Of a stretch of 64,000 nucleotides of DNA, positions 1 through 9,015 are shown in pieces (position 1 is the stretch's first letter; each line of letters starts with the position of its first letter). Source of the stretch: an uncultured bacterium. GTDB lineage: Bacteria > Fermentibacterota > Fermentibacteria > Fermentibacterales > JCC-6. The stretch is taken from the NCBI GenBank assembly GCA_964386635.1, contig CAYLRO010000006.1:11170-75169 (forward strand), read 5' to 3'. The notes under the pieces were generated by a model. It did no database searches and was not told where the DNA came from. It was given only the letters and a program-made list of their open reading frames with translations. Both the position numbers and the translations under genes were made by a program.

Positions 1-103
1 CCACTGTCTTTATGAAATGCGACTGCCCCAGGATAATGTTGCATCCCTCAGGGAACTTCAGATCAACAGCTTCCATTTTCAGCATGGTTCAGGCTCCCCT
101 CAG

Positions 104-1489
104 CTATCTGTTAATTCCGTCAAATATGCCCTCGACCTCAGGAACACCGCCCTGCAGAACCAGATATCCATCTGGAGGCTCGGACTCGGTTATATCGCCG
201 CCTACAGGGGTAAGCATCAGTTCCTGCACCTTCTCGAAATCATCGGTTACTCCCATTGCCCAGCCGAGTTTGATGTAAGCTGCTTCAGGAAGCATGTTGC
301 CCAGAGGAACAACGCCTCTCTGCATGAGAAGTCTGCCTGTATCGTACACATACATCTGTGCATATCCCCAGAGTGTCTGCACTGTCATGAAAACATGAAC
401 TCCTGCATCAGTTGCTCTCTGGATGGGTTCGTAAAGCGCTTTGTTAACGTGGCCGAGGCCGGTTCCGGCAATGATTATTCCCTTGTAGCCGTTTTCAACC
501 ATAGAGTCGATCATGTCCGGTTTCATGTTCGGGTAGTAGTAGACCAATCCAACCCTGTCATCAAACACAGGTCTGATATTGGGTTTTCTGGTCAGGTCTC
601 TCTTGAGATAATCTTTCTTCAGGAATGTGAATTTTTCCCTGTCCACCATTGCAAGTGGTCTGTCACCTATGGTCCTGAAGGTAGACCTGTAGCTTGAGTG
701 CATCTTTCTCACCTGAGGGCCCCGGTGAAGAAGACCGTACTGATCGCTTGTAGGGCCGAACATGCAGACAACCACTTCTGAGGCATCGAAAAAGGCTGCA
801 GTTTTTGCTGCATGAATGAGATTGAGAGCTGCATCGCTGGACGGTCTGTCACTTGAACGCTGGCTGCCCACAAGAACCACAGGAACAGGAAGGTTCTGGC
901 ACATGTATGTCAACGCTGCTGCCGTGTGGCTAAGGGTGTCTGTACCATGACCTATCATCAGGCCGTCAACACCCTTTTCAATTTCCTTCTCGATGGCCTT
1001 TGCCAGTGTAATGTACTGACTGGGACCCATATCCTCACTGAATATTCCGAAGAGCTTCTCAGTGTCCAGGTTGCATATATCCGCGAGTTCAGGCACAGCG
1101 CCATAAAGCTCTCCAGGGGAGAATGCCGGGATCACCGCCCCGGTCTTGTAATCCAGTCTGCTTGCAATGGTGCCGCCTGTTCCCAGAAGTTTTACCCTGG
1201 GGTTCTTCGGGTCGAATGGGAATTCCTGCTCAGCGATCTGATAATGTGCCTCTCTTGAACCCAGAATCTCTACTGATGTTATCTTCGTTGCCGATACACC
1301 AATGTTGTAACCTGTAGCCAGTTTCAAAACAATATGGTCTGCGTCCGCTGTTTCGCTTCTGGGAAGAACAACTCCTTCGAATACGTTCCTTCCTGCAGTC
1401 AGAACAATATCGTCCCAGACCTTTATTCCGAATTTTTCCATTACTTCTCTTGTAATACCTCTGTAACCTTTGAAGATGTCGCTGCTCAT
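104..1489 (-). CDS. gatD: Archaeal-type Glu-tRNA(Gln) amidotransferase subunit D (GatD): N-terminal GatD-specific domain plus L-asparaginase-like domain
   Basis: 461 aa. Asparaginase motif LLGTGGTIASR. Blocks VLKLATGYNIGV, FGIFSEDMGP and VGSQRSSDRPSSDAALNL closely match archaeal GatD as I recall it. Length and domain order fit GatD rather than plain AnsA. Confidence 0.75.
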   Translation of the reverse strand: MSSDIFKGYRGITREVMEKFGIKVWDDIVLTAGRNVFEGVVLPRSETADADHIVLKLATGYNIGVSATKITSVEILGSREAHYQIAEQEFPFDPKNPRVKLLGTGGTIASRLDYKTGAVIPAFSPGELYGAVPELADICNLDTEKLFGIFSEDMGPSQYITLAKAIEKEIEKGVDGLMIGHGTDTLSHTAAALTYMCQNLPVPVVLVGSQRSSDRPSSDAALNLIHAAKTAAFFDASEVVVCMFGPTSDQYGLLHRGPQVRKMHSSYRSTFRTIGDRPLAMVDREKFTFLKKDYLKRDLTRKPNIRPVFDDRVGLVYYYPNMKPDMIDSMVENGYKGIIIAGTGLGHVNKALYEPIQRATDAGVHVFMTVQTLWGYAQMYVYDTGRLLMQRGVVPLGNMLPEAAYIKLGWAMGVTDDFEKVQELMLTPVGGDITESEPPDGYLVLQGGVPEVEGIFDGINR

Positions 1490-1500
1490 TCTGAATCCCC

Positions 1501-2913
1501 TTAGAAGCGCCTTCTCTTTCTGGCGCCCGGTATATCCAACTGCTTCCGGTAATTTGCTACGGTTCTCCTTTTGATACTGGTTCCACTTCCATCCAGTATC
1601 TCAGCGATTTTTTCGTCACTCAGCGGTTTGGCTTTATCCTCTGAGGCGATGATTCGCTTTATATCCTCTTTCACAGAAACTGCCGAAACATTTTTGTCTG
1701 AACTGCCTCTGCTGAAATAGTATCTCATCTCGTGAATCCCCTGGGGAGATTGAACGTATTTGCCGTTGATTGCCCTGCTTATTGTTGACTGGTTGAATCC
1801 AAGTGCCTCTGCAGCCTCCTGAAGGGTCAGAGGCACAAGAGCATCAACCCCGTTTTCAAGAAATCCATTCTGTTTTTCAGTAATGAACCGTGATATCCGT
1901 ATCACAGTCTGCTGCCTCTGTCTGATGGCCTTGATGAACCAGCTGGCCTTTCTGAATTTCTTTGTTACATACTCCTTCTCCACCGCTCCTGCAGAAGGTG
2001 ATTCAAGAACCTTCCGGTTGCGGCTGCTTATTGCAAGATGGGGGAAACGGTTGTCATTCAGAAATACAAGGAATTTCCCATTGTGTTTCTCTATTATCAC
2101 ATCAGGAACAACCGCAGAACTTGAACTTCCGGAAAATTCTGCCCCTGGCCATGGATTCAGTTTTTTTATGCGCTGAATGGCCTCTTCAACCTCATGAGGA
2201 GATACTCCCAGTTCCGACGCGATATTAAGTATTCGTCTCTGTGCCAGGTCATCGAAACACATGTCGATCATCCGGTATTCCACCGTATCAACGGCATTGT
2301 CTCCATCCTGAAGCAGCATCTGGAAAAGAAGAGCATCTCTGGCTGAGCGCTGAGCCACTCCGGGAGGATCAAGGGACCTCACTACGGAAAGGGCATCCTG
2401 AAGAACATCCCCGCGGCCATCCCAGCCGATAACGAATTCATCATCGGTAAGTGTAAGGAGACCATGACGGTCCAGAGAATAGATGATGTATACCCCGGCA
2501 TCCTCTGCTTCGCCGGTGAGGTCCAGAGTCTGGAGCTGAGAAATGAGATGCTCGCTGAGAGTCACAGGCTTTACCGCCTCCGGATGCCACTGCTCCTCTT
2601 CCTGATAACGGTTGGCAGGCATTGTTCCAACATCCTCATCTATCTCCCTGAGAATGTCCAGCGGATCCTCTTCTTTGGAATCGCTTCTTTCCGGTTCCTC
2701 TTCAGGAACTTCGGTTTCAAGCTTGTCGGTTTCTGTCTGATCAGATGAGTTTCCATCCTCTTCAAGCAGAGGATTCTCAGCAAGCTCAGTGGCGATCAGA
2801 CCTTCAAGCTCCATTGAAGGCATCTGAAGTATCTCCAGCTGCTGCCTCAGGGTCTGAGTCATGGCCAGCTTCTGGGACTGTGTCAGTTTCAGTTGTGTAC
2901 TGAGCTCAGGCAT
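1501..2913 (-). CDS. rpoN: RNA polymerase sigma-54 factor
   Basis: 470 aa. Acidic, Gln-rich N-terminal region. C-terminal RpoN box ARRTVAKYRKQLDIPGARKRR. Lies immediately downstream of lptB as in the canonical lptB-rpoN arrangement. Confidence 0.9.
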   Translation of the reverse strand: MPELSTQLKLTQSQKLAMTQTLRQQLEILQMPSMELEGLIATELAENPLLEEDGNSSDQTETDKLETEVPEEEPERSDSKEEDPLDILREIDEDVGTMPANRYQEEEQWHPEAVKPVTLSEHLISQLQTLDLTGEAEDAGVYIIYSLDRHGLLTLTDDEFVIGWDGRGDVLQDALSVVRSLDPPGVAQRSARDALLFQMLLQDGDNAVDTVEYRMIDMCFDDLAQRRILNIASELGVSPHEVEEAIQRIKKLNPWPGAEFSGSSSSAVVPDVIIEKHNGKFLVFLNDNRFPHLAISSRNRKVLESPSAGAVEKEYVTKKFRKASWFIKAIRQRQQTVIRISRFITEKQNGFLENGVDALVPLTLQEAAEALGFNQSTISRAINGKYVQSPQGIHEMRYYFSRGSSDKNVSAVSVKEDIKRIIASEDKAKPLSDEKIAEILDGSGTSIKRRTVANYRKQLDIPGARKRRRF

Positions 2914-3699
2914 CTACAACTTGAACCTTTCCCCGAGATATATCTTCCTGGCTTCAGGGTCATCTGCCAGTTCCTCTGCTGACCCTGAAATAAGAACCCT
3001 TCCGTCATACATGATGTAGGCTCTGTCGGTAATGGCCAGAGTTTCTCTTACACTGTGATCAGTTATCAGAACTCCCAGTCCCCGTTCTGCAAGATCCCTG
3101 ATTATCCCCTGTATCTCTGCAACGGCGATGGGATCTATTCCGGCAAACGGTTCATCCAGAAGGAGAAAACCGGGATCAGTGACAAGAGCACGGGCGATCT
3201 CCACCCTGCGTCTCTCCCCGCCGGAAAGGGTGTACGCCTTCTGTTTTGCCAGCTTTGAGATCCCAAGCTCTTCAAGCAGTTTCTCCTGCTTGTTCTTCCT
3301 TGCAGCCTTTGACAACCCGGTTGTCTCCAGTATGCACATGAGATTGTCGGCAACGGTCATTTTCCTGAATACACTTGATTCCTGGGGAAGGTAGCCAAGA
3401 CCCAGCCTTGCTCTCTTGTACATAGGGAGCCCTGTGATCTCCTTGCTGTCAAGGAATACACTTCCCTCATCAGGTTTGATGAACCCGACTATCTGGTAGA
3501 ATGTGGTGGTTTTTCCGGCTCCGTTAGGGCCCAGAAGACCAACTATCTCTCCCCTGCTGACTTGAAGACTGACTCCGTTGACAACTTTTCTTTTTCTGTA
3601 TTTCTTTACAAGCTCTCTGGCTTCAAGAACTTTCGCCCGTCTGTCAATTTCAGTCACGGAATTCCCCGCTCCAGCTGTATGTTCCTCTAACGCTTCCAT
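2914..3699 (-). CDS. lptB: LPS export ABC transporter ATP-binding protein
   Basis: 261 aa ABC ATPase. Walker A GPNGAGKTTTF, signature LSGGERRRVEIARAL and Walker B LLLDEP. Sits between lptA-like and rpoN. Confidence 0.88.
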   Translation of the reverse strand: MEALEEHTAGAGNSVTEIDRRAKVLEARELVKKYRKRKVVNGVSLQVSRGEIVGLLGPNGAGKTTTFYQIVGFIKPDEGSVFLDSKEITGLPMYKRARLGLGYLPQESSVFRKMTVADNLMCILETTGLSKAARKNKQEKLLEELGISKLAKQKAYTLSGGERRRVEIARALVTDPGFLLLDEPFAGIDPIAVAEIQGIIRDLAERGLGVLITDHSVRETLAITDRAYIMYDGRVLISGSAEELADDPEARKIYLGERFKL

Positions 3700-4705
3700 T
3701 GGCTGCTACCTCTTCGGCCTCACCATTTTCAAACCTGATCACTATCTCTTCAGCACTCATGGTGTTCGCTTCTGTTCTCAGTGAATCCTCACCGAATATA
3801 TTCAGTACTGCACTTCCCTGAAGAATCAGGCTGTCAAGGTCCTCTGTACCTGCTATAAAGGCAAACTCCGCCCTCTGTGAGCTGAAATCAACTTTCGTCT
3901 CATCCTGTTCCAGATTGCCTGAGGCGGCGCCCTCTATCCTGAGAAACTCAAGAGCACCATTGGCGTCAACAAGACCTTCCATCCAGTCGCCGAAAAGCTC
4001 TCCCTCTTCAGCAATTATCTCCGGGGAGCCGATCAGCTCCATTCTATCCTCTTCGCCGAAATATCTCAGGTATTCGCTGCTTGTAGTCATGTTCCTTGCA
4101 CCCATTGTTACAAGTGCGTTACCCTGAGCTTCAGCTCTTTCGCTATCAGGGAAAAACTCCAGCCTGTCAGCGGTAATTACTGTGGTATCAGAGCCCTCAA
4201 CCCTTGTCAGAACAGGGTCAACTGTAACGAAAAGGCTTCCTCTTTCCCTGTCATACAGAGCGTACTCACCGGTAACATTTCCCAGCCAGTCTCCCTGAAG
4301 AACAACGGAACCCTTTGCTGTAGCCTTATCTCTGAACCTGAACCAGTCCACCCGGTCTGCAGTCAGGGTGGAAGATCCGTCTGCAAGAACGGCATTTCCC
4401 GACAGAACCATCACACCTGTAACCCTGGAATAAGAGAGAAAGTCTCCATCAGCAGTCAGAGTATCCGCCTCAACATGAACCCCGCCGAAAAACTCAGCCC
4501 GTTCGGATTCCTGATACACTTTTGCAGATGTGGAGGTAACAGTTACCTGATCATCAGTTACAATGACATTCCCGGTGAGTTCAAGTATGGATTCACCGGT
4601 TTCCAAAGTCGTGGTGGAAGCATTGTCCGATGTTACTGTAAACACACCGGCTGAAGATGCTGGGAGAAACACCATGAGTATTAAAGGAAAAATTCGTTTA
4701 TTCAT
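3650..4705 (-). CDS. lptA: OstA/LptA-family periplasmic LPS transport protein, about twice the length of canonical LptA
   Basis: N-terminal signal peptide MNKRIFPLILMVFLPASSAG. Repetitive beta-rich sequence typical of the OstA_N fold. Lies between lptC-like and lptB. The annotated start overlaps lptB by 50 nt, so the true start may be an internal codon. Confidence 0.6.
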   Translation of the reverse strand: MNKRIFPLILMVFLPASSAGVFTVTSDNASTTTLETGESILELTGNVIVTDDQVTVTSTSAKVYQESERAEFFGGVHVEADTLTADGDFLSYSRVTGVMVLSGNAVLADGSSTLTADRVDWFRFRDKATAKGSVVLQGDWLGNVTGEYALYDRERGSLFVTVDPVLTRVEGSDTTVITADRLEFFPDSERAEAQGNALVTMGARNMTTSSEYLRYFGEEDRMELIGSPEIIAEEGELFGDWMEGLVDANGALEFLRIEGAASGNLEQDETKVDFSSQRAEFAFIAGTEDLDSLILQGSAVLNIFGEDSLRTEANTMSAEEIVIRFENGEAEEVAANGSVRGTYSWSGEFRD

Positions 4706-5267
4706 CTATGAGAACATCTCCCACTGTTACAGCAGTAAAAGACTCCTGAACTGTAACATCACCAATGGCCGAGAGACCGGTGTCAAGCACAACACCTCTT
4801 CCCCGGAGGGTAGTTGTGCCTGTGCTCTCGGGAATTGTGAATGTCACAAGGCAGTCTGTCTGGAAAGTTTCAAGTGAGTCTGACCAGTTGAGAAGCTCGG
4901 TGTTAAGCGTTCTGCCGTCAGCATTTTCAGCAAATACGTTTCCCCATAGAACAGTTCTTCCACTTATCATGTCCGAGGAACCTGTATCGCTTCTTACAAA
5001 GCTCTCAGGAATATCCTCTTCATAAAAAACTATGTTGACTTCAGTTATAAGAAGAAGGCTGTCCTCTTCCCTGTAAACAGCTGAATCCCCGGTAAGCATC
5101 CAGTCACGGAAGCCATCCTGGGACTGAACAAGCCTGATACCTGAAACGGTCTGTACCTTGCCGCTCTCCTGAGACCATTCACCGGGCTGTTCACCGCAGC
5201 CCGTCAGAGCCAGGAGGACGACGATCCCAGCGCTTATGAAACCAGATCCACTGATCGGGATCCTCAA
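4698..5267 (-). CDS. lptC: LptC-like membrane-anchored LPS transport protein or lipoprotein
   Basis: 189 aa. N-terminal hydrophobic anchor with lipobox-like LALTGCGE. Positioned upstream of lptA-lptB. The annotated start overlaps the preceding gene by about 77 nt, so the true start is uncertain. Confidence 0.5.
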   Translation of the reverse strand: MRIPISGSGFISAGIVVLLALTGCGEQPGEWSQESGKVQTVSGIRLVQSQDGFRDWMLTGDSAVYREEDSLLLITEVNIVFYEEDIPESFVRSDTGSSDMISGRTVLWGNVFAENADGRTLNTELLNWSDSLETFQTDCLVTFTIPESTGTTTLRGRGVVLDTGLSAIGDVTVQESFTAVTVGDVLIDE

Positions 5268-6090
5268 CTATCCACTCTCCGATCCGTCTATTCAATTCAG
5301 CAGTAAGCTTTTCCACTCCGTCTTCATTCTGGAATCCTTCAGTGTTAACCACAGGGTCAATGGTGAGAAGATACCGAGTTTTGCTCTTTCTTGCTATATG
5401 CAGGGTTAATATCGGAACCCCATACCTCAGGGCGATCCCCGCAGGTCCCACAGGTGTTCTGGCCTCAAGGCCGAGAAAAGGAATAAACCTGCTTTCAACT
5501 GTTATTGTATCCTGATCAATGAGAATACCCACAGCAGTGTTTCTTCTGAGACTTCTGATAAGCCCAACTGCAGAAGCTCCCCTGTCTATCAGCTCGATTC
5601 CCGGTTTGGACCGGAGATTATCAAGTTCCTGAGAAACTCTTGGATTCCACAGTTTTCTGCCTACAACTCCAACCCTGGCTCCCAGCAGGGAAACCGCTCT
5701 TGGAATCAGTTCCCAGGCAGAGTAGTGAGCAGTGATGGCAATCACCCCCCTGCCCTTTTCCAGAGCATTCAGGATGTGCTCTCTGCCCTGAACCTCAACA
5801 ACTCTTTTGAAATGATCATCACTGAAGCGGGAGAACCTGAGAAAGTCAAAGAAACAACAGGCAGTGGAGTTTACCACCTGGTATGCATTCACCTTAAGGC
5901 CCAGCGGTATGGCAATATTTCTTCTGTTAACATCGAGAACGGTACCTGCCCGTGAAATGAATGGACCTGCAAAAAAACCTGCCAGAGAGGCAAATGTGTG
6001 GGTAATGAAACCAGGACAGTATCGTCCGATAAATAGAATCAGCTTTGTTATGGCCGGTTCGAGAACCCGGTGCCGGAATTTTCTGAACAT
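5191..6090 (-). CDS. lpxL: Lipid A biosynthesis lauroyl/myristoyl acyltransferase (LpxL/LpxM family)
   Basis: 299 aa. HX4D-type acyltransferase motif ITAHYSAWELIP. Family-typical C-terminal WIWFHKRW. Embedded in the KDO/Lpt cluster. Confidence 0.8.
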   Translation of the reverse strand: MFRKFRHRVLEPAITKLILFIGRYCPGFITHTFASLAGFFAGPFISRAGTVLDVNRRNIAIPLGLKVNAYQVVNSTACCFFDFLRFSRFSDDHFKRVVEVQGREHILNALEKGRGVIAITAHYSAWELIPRAVSLLGARVGVVGRKLWNPRVSQELDNLRSKPGIELIDRGASAVGLIRSLRRNTAVGILIDQDTITVESRFIPFLGLEARTPVGPAGIALRYGVPILTLHIARKSKTRYLLTIDPVVNTEGFQNEDGVEKLTAELNRRIGEWIVEDPDQWIWFHKRWDRRPPGSDGLR

Positions 6091-6098
6091 GTTTCCTT

Positions 6099-7076
6099 TC
6101 AGAAGCCTAGAACCAGGGCATCATGGAGATAGAGTATTCCTGCAGGATTTCCCTGCCGGTCAAGAACCACCAGCGAAGTAATCCCTCTGTTCTCCATTAT
6201 CTGAACTGCCAGTGACACCAGCTGGTCGGACCGGCAGACCGAAGGTTCCGGAGTCATTACATCACCAAGGCTGAGGTTCTGAATATCTGATCCGGTTTTT
6301 ATAAGCCTTCCGAGATCCCCGTAAACGAACACTCCGGACAGCTTACCGTCAGGATCTGCAGCTATGCATATACCTCTGTGCTCCGTCATTTCTTCAACAG
6401 CTTCTGTCAAAGGAGTATCCAGTGGAAGCACAGGCAGGCTGTCAGTGATCATAAGGTCGGAAACCCGCATGAGAAGCTTTCTGCCAAGGGTTCCGCCTGG
6501 ATGCACATCTGCAAAATCCTCCGGGGTGAACCCTGAAAGCTCCAGCATTGCCATAGCCAGGGCATCCCCCATGGCGATCATTGCTGTTGTGCTTGCAGTG
6601 GGAGCAAGATTCCAGGGACAGGCCTCTTTCAAGACCGGAAGCTTCAAAACAACACGGGCAAATCTGCCCAGAAGGGATTCTTCGCTGGTAACAATGGCAA
6701 CCACAGGTATTTCAAGTTTTCTCAGAGCGGGAAGAAGAGCGGCAATCTCTCCGGTATCTCCACTCTTGGAGAGAACCAGAGCAGTATCACCAGTAGCCAG
6801 CATGCCTATATCCCCGTGTATGCCCTCTGCCGGGTGGAGAAAAAAAGCCGGTGAGCCTGTGCTGGTCATGGTTGCGGCTATCTTTCTTCCCACTATCCCG
6901 GATTTGCCCATTCCGCAGACTATTATTTTACCCCGGGTTCCGTGCAGAATTTCAACCGCCCTGGTGAAAGATTCCCTGTTAAGCGAGAGAGTTGCACCTA
7001 GCCATTCAGTCTCTATCCTGAAAACTCTTTCAGCAACCGGAAAAAGATCACTCACCGAAAACCTCCAGAACTGCAT
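6099..7076 (-). CDS. kdsD: Arabinose-5-phosphate isomerase (SIS domain plus tandem CBS domains)
   Basis: 325 aa. SIS motif IVCGMGKSGIVGRKIAATMTSTGSPAFFLHPAEGIHGDIG. C-terminal CBS pair. Adjacent to kdsC, kdsA and kdsB. Confidence 0.88.
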   Translation of the reverse strand: MQFWRFSVSDLFPVAERVFRIETEWLGATLSLNRESFTRAVEILHGTRGKIIVCGMGKSGIVGRKIAATMTSTGSPAFFLHPAEGIHGDIGMLATGDTALVLSKSGDTGEIAALLPALRKLEIPVVAIVTSEESLLGRFARVVLKLPVLKEACPWNLAPTASTTAMIAMGDALAMAMLELSGFTPEDFADVHPGGTLGRKLLMRVSDLMITDSLPVLPLDTPLTEAVEEMTEHRGICIAADPDGKLSGVFVYGDLGRLIKTGSDIQNLSLGDVMTPEPSVCRSDQLVSLAVQIMENRGITSLVVLDRQGNPAGILYLHDALVLGF

Positions 7077-7599
7077 CCGCTATTTCTCTTACAGCACCTC
7101 TGCCTCCAGGTATTGAAGAAACAATATCGCAAGCTTCCCTTACCTCCTTCGAAGCATCAACCGGGCAGGCAGAGATCCCTGCAACAGCCATTGCAGGCAT
7201 GTCCATCCTGTCATCACCCATGAACAGTACCGAGGATAGCGGAATATCAAGATGATCTGCAAGAGCTCTCACAGATGCTGCCTTGTCAGTACTGCCCAGA
7301 CAGAGGAATTCAACCCCGAGATCAGCAGCCCGTCTTCTTGTGCATGGAAAATCCCTGAAGGAAACAAAGGCGACCCTCACCCCTGCCTGGGTAAGCTTCA
7401 TTATCCCTGCCCCGTCTTTCGAGTTGAACACCTGTGACACACCATCAGGGCCATAGATCAAGCCCCCTTCAGTGAGTGTTCCGTCTACATCAAGTGCAAC
7501 AAGGCGAATACCTTTCAGGTCAGGCATCTGATCTTCTCCAGTGAGTAAGAGACTCCTTAAGAACACTGTCAAAACCTTTAAAATCCAGCATGACTGCAC
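7048..7599 (-). CDS. kdsC: 3-deoxy-D-manno-octulosonate 8-phosphate phosphatase (HAD family)
   Basis: 183 aa. HAD motif I LVALDVDGTLTEG. KdsC-typical size and genomic context. Confidence 0.85.
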   Translation of the reverse strand: MQSCWILKVLTVFLRSLLLTGEDQMPDLKGIRLVALDVDGTLTEGGLIYGPDGVSQVFNSKDGAGIMKLTQAGVRVAFVSFRDFPCTRRRAADLGVEFLCLGSTDKAASVRALADHLDIPLSSVLFMGDDRMDMPAMAVAGISACPVDASKEVREACDIVSSIPGGRGAVREIADAVLEVFGE

Positions 7600-8326
7600 T
7601 GTCGCTCAGAGCAGTGCCCGGGTCTGGATGAACTTCAATGAACATTCCTGAAATCCCCCATGCCGCAGCAGCCCCTGCCATTCTCCGTGCGAAAGATCTG
7701 TCGCCTCCTGAGGAAGAGCCGGAAGCACCGGGTTTCTGAAGCGAGTGAGTGAGATCCATGATCACGCCGTCGCTTATGTTTTCCATTACAGAGAGGGATC
7801 TCATGTCCACAACAAGGTCTCCGTATCCGAAGAATGTTCCCCGTTCAGTGAGAAACACTCTGGGCGAACCTGCAAGTTTTGCTTTGTCCACTGCTCCTTT
7901 CATGTTCTCAGGAGCCATGAACTGACCTTTTTTTATGTTTACAGGAAGTCCTGTGGCTCCTGCAGCAGTGAGCAATGATGTCTGGCGGCAGAGAAATGCA
8001 GGAATCTGAAGAGCGCAGCAGACCTCTGAAACAGGCCTGGCCTGACAGGCGCTGTGTATGTCTGTGACCACAGGAAGTTCGAATTCCTCTGATACCTTTT
8101 CAAGTATTCGAAGCCCCTCTTCCATTCCCGGACCGGACCATGTTCCCGCAGCAGTCCTGTTGTCTTTCAGAAAAGAGCTTTTAAACACAAAGTCAGCTTT
8201 TCCCGCATGGTTATCAGCGGTCCGCCTGATGTGCTCGGCAGTTCTCATGACAATGTCTTCTGATTCTATCCCGCACGGACCTGCAATAAAAAGCGGAAGG
8301 TTGTTACTCAGCAGTTCCCGAACCAT
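7520..8326 (-). CDS. kdsA: 2-dehydro-3-deoxyphosphooctonate aldolase (KDO8P synthase)
   Basis: 268 aa. LFIAGPCGIESED and FKSSFLKDNRT blocks resemble KdsA. Flanked by kdsB and kdsC. Confidence 0.85.
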   Translation of the reverse strand: MVRELLSNNLPLFIAGPCGIESEDIVMRTAEHIRRTADNHAGKADFVFKSSFLKDNRTAAGTWSGPGMEEGLRILEKVSEEFELPVVTDIHSACQARPVSEVCCALQIPAFLCRQTSLLTAAGATGLPVNIKKGQFMAPENMKGAVDKAKLAGSPRVFLTERGTFFGYGDLVVDMRSLSVMENISDGVIMDLTHSLQKPGASGSSSGGDRSFARRMAGAAAAWGISGMFIEVHPDPGTALSDSAVMLDFKGFDSVLKESLTHWRRSDA

Positions 8327-9015
8327 CTTCTGGCCTCCTCAAGATCTTCCGGAGTGTCGACACCCAATCCATTCCATTCTCCGGTAACCACGGAAACATC
8401 AACACCGTTTTCCATCCATGACAACTGTTCAAGCTTTTCTGCTGAGGACAATCTCCCTGCAGGAGAACATGCACAGACAGGCAGGCTTGTGTGAGTAAAA
8501 CAATACACACCCACATGCTGAAAGCAGAACTCTCCGCTCCATGGAATGATGCTTCTGGAAAAATACAGCGCTCTGCGGTCTTTTCTGAACACAACTTTGA
8601 CAACTGATGGATCAGCCGCTTTCTCCATGTCAGTTTTTCCTGCCAGAGTCGCTACAGTCATAGGATCCATATCAACGCTCAGGAGTGCATCTATCCACCT
8701 GTGGTCAACTCCCGGTTCATCACCCTGAAGGTTGATTATTCTTCCCTCAGGACTGCCGAGAATCTTCCATGCAGCATATACCCTTTGAGTCCCGTTTTCA
8801 GCCGGACCAGTGATAACAGCTTCATATCCAGCCGCAGTAACTTCACCGTGAATCCGGCTGGAATCAGTTGCAACAACTATTCTGGAAACGCCGGAGCCTG
8901 CAACCCCGTCGAGCACCCTGAGAATAAGAGACCTGCCGCAGATGTCAGCAAGAGGTTTGCCCGGGAGCCGGGCAGAACCCATTCTGGCAGGAATTATTAC
9001 TACTGTCCCAGCCAA
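8308..9015 (-). CDS. kdsB: 3-deoxy-manno-octulosonate cytidylyltransferase (CMP-KDO synthetase)
   Basis: 235 aa. N-terminal nucleotidyltransferase motif VVIIPARMGSARLPGKPL. KDO cluster context. Confidence 0.88.
   Translation of the reverse strand: MAGTVVIIPARMGSARLPGKPLADICGRSLILRVLDGVAGSGVSRIVVATDSSRIHGEVTAAGYEAVITGPAENGTQRVYAAWKILGSPEGRIINLQGDEPGVDHRWIDALLSVDMDPMTVATLAGKTDMEKAADPSVVKVVFRKDRRALYFSRSIIPWSGEFCFQHVGVYCFTHTSLPVCACSPAGRLSSAEKLEQLSWMENGVDVSVVTGEWNGLGVDTPEDLEEARRWFGNC

Noticed and set aside
1-75. Possible 5' end of a minus-strand gene running off the left edge (rc ATG at 73-75, MLKMEAVDLKFPEGCNIILGQSHFIKTV…), downstream of gatD
   Set aside because: Only about 25 codons are visible and there is no diagnostic motif. 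It could be gatE, ptsN or hpf, or nothing. It is mentioned in the gatD finding but not called as a feature.
17-697. 226-aa plus-strand ORF, plus 12..278 and 926..1317 ORFs
   Set aside because: They are antisense to and fully inside the well-supported gatD gene, with low-complexity, Cys/His-rich translations typical of shadow ORFs.
8304-8603. 99-aa minus-strand ORF overlapping the kdsA/kdsB junction
   Set aside because: It is an alternate frame of the same strand within kdsB. There is no independent start context and it is explained by the real genes.
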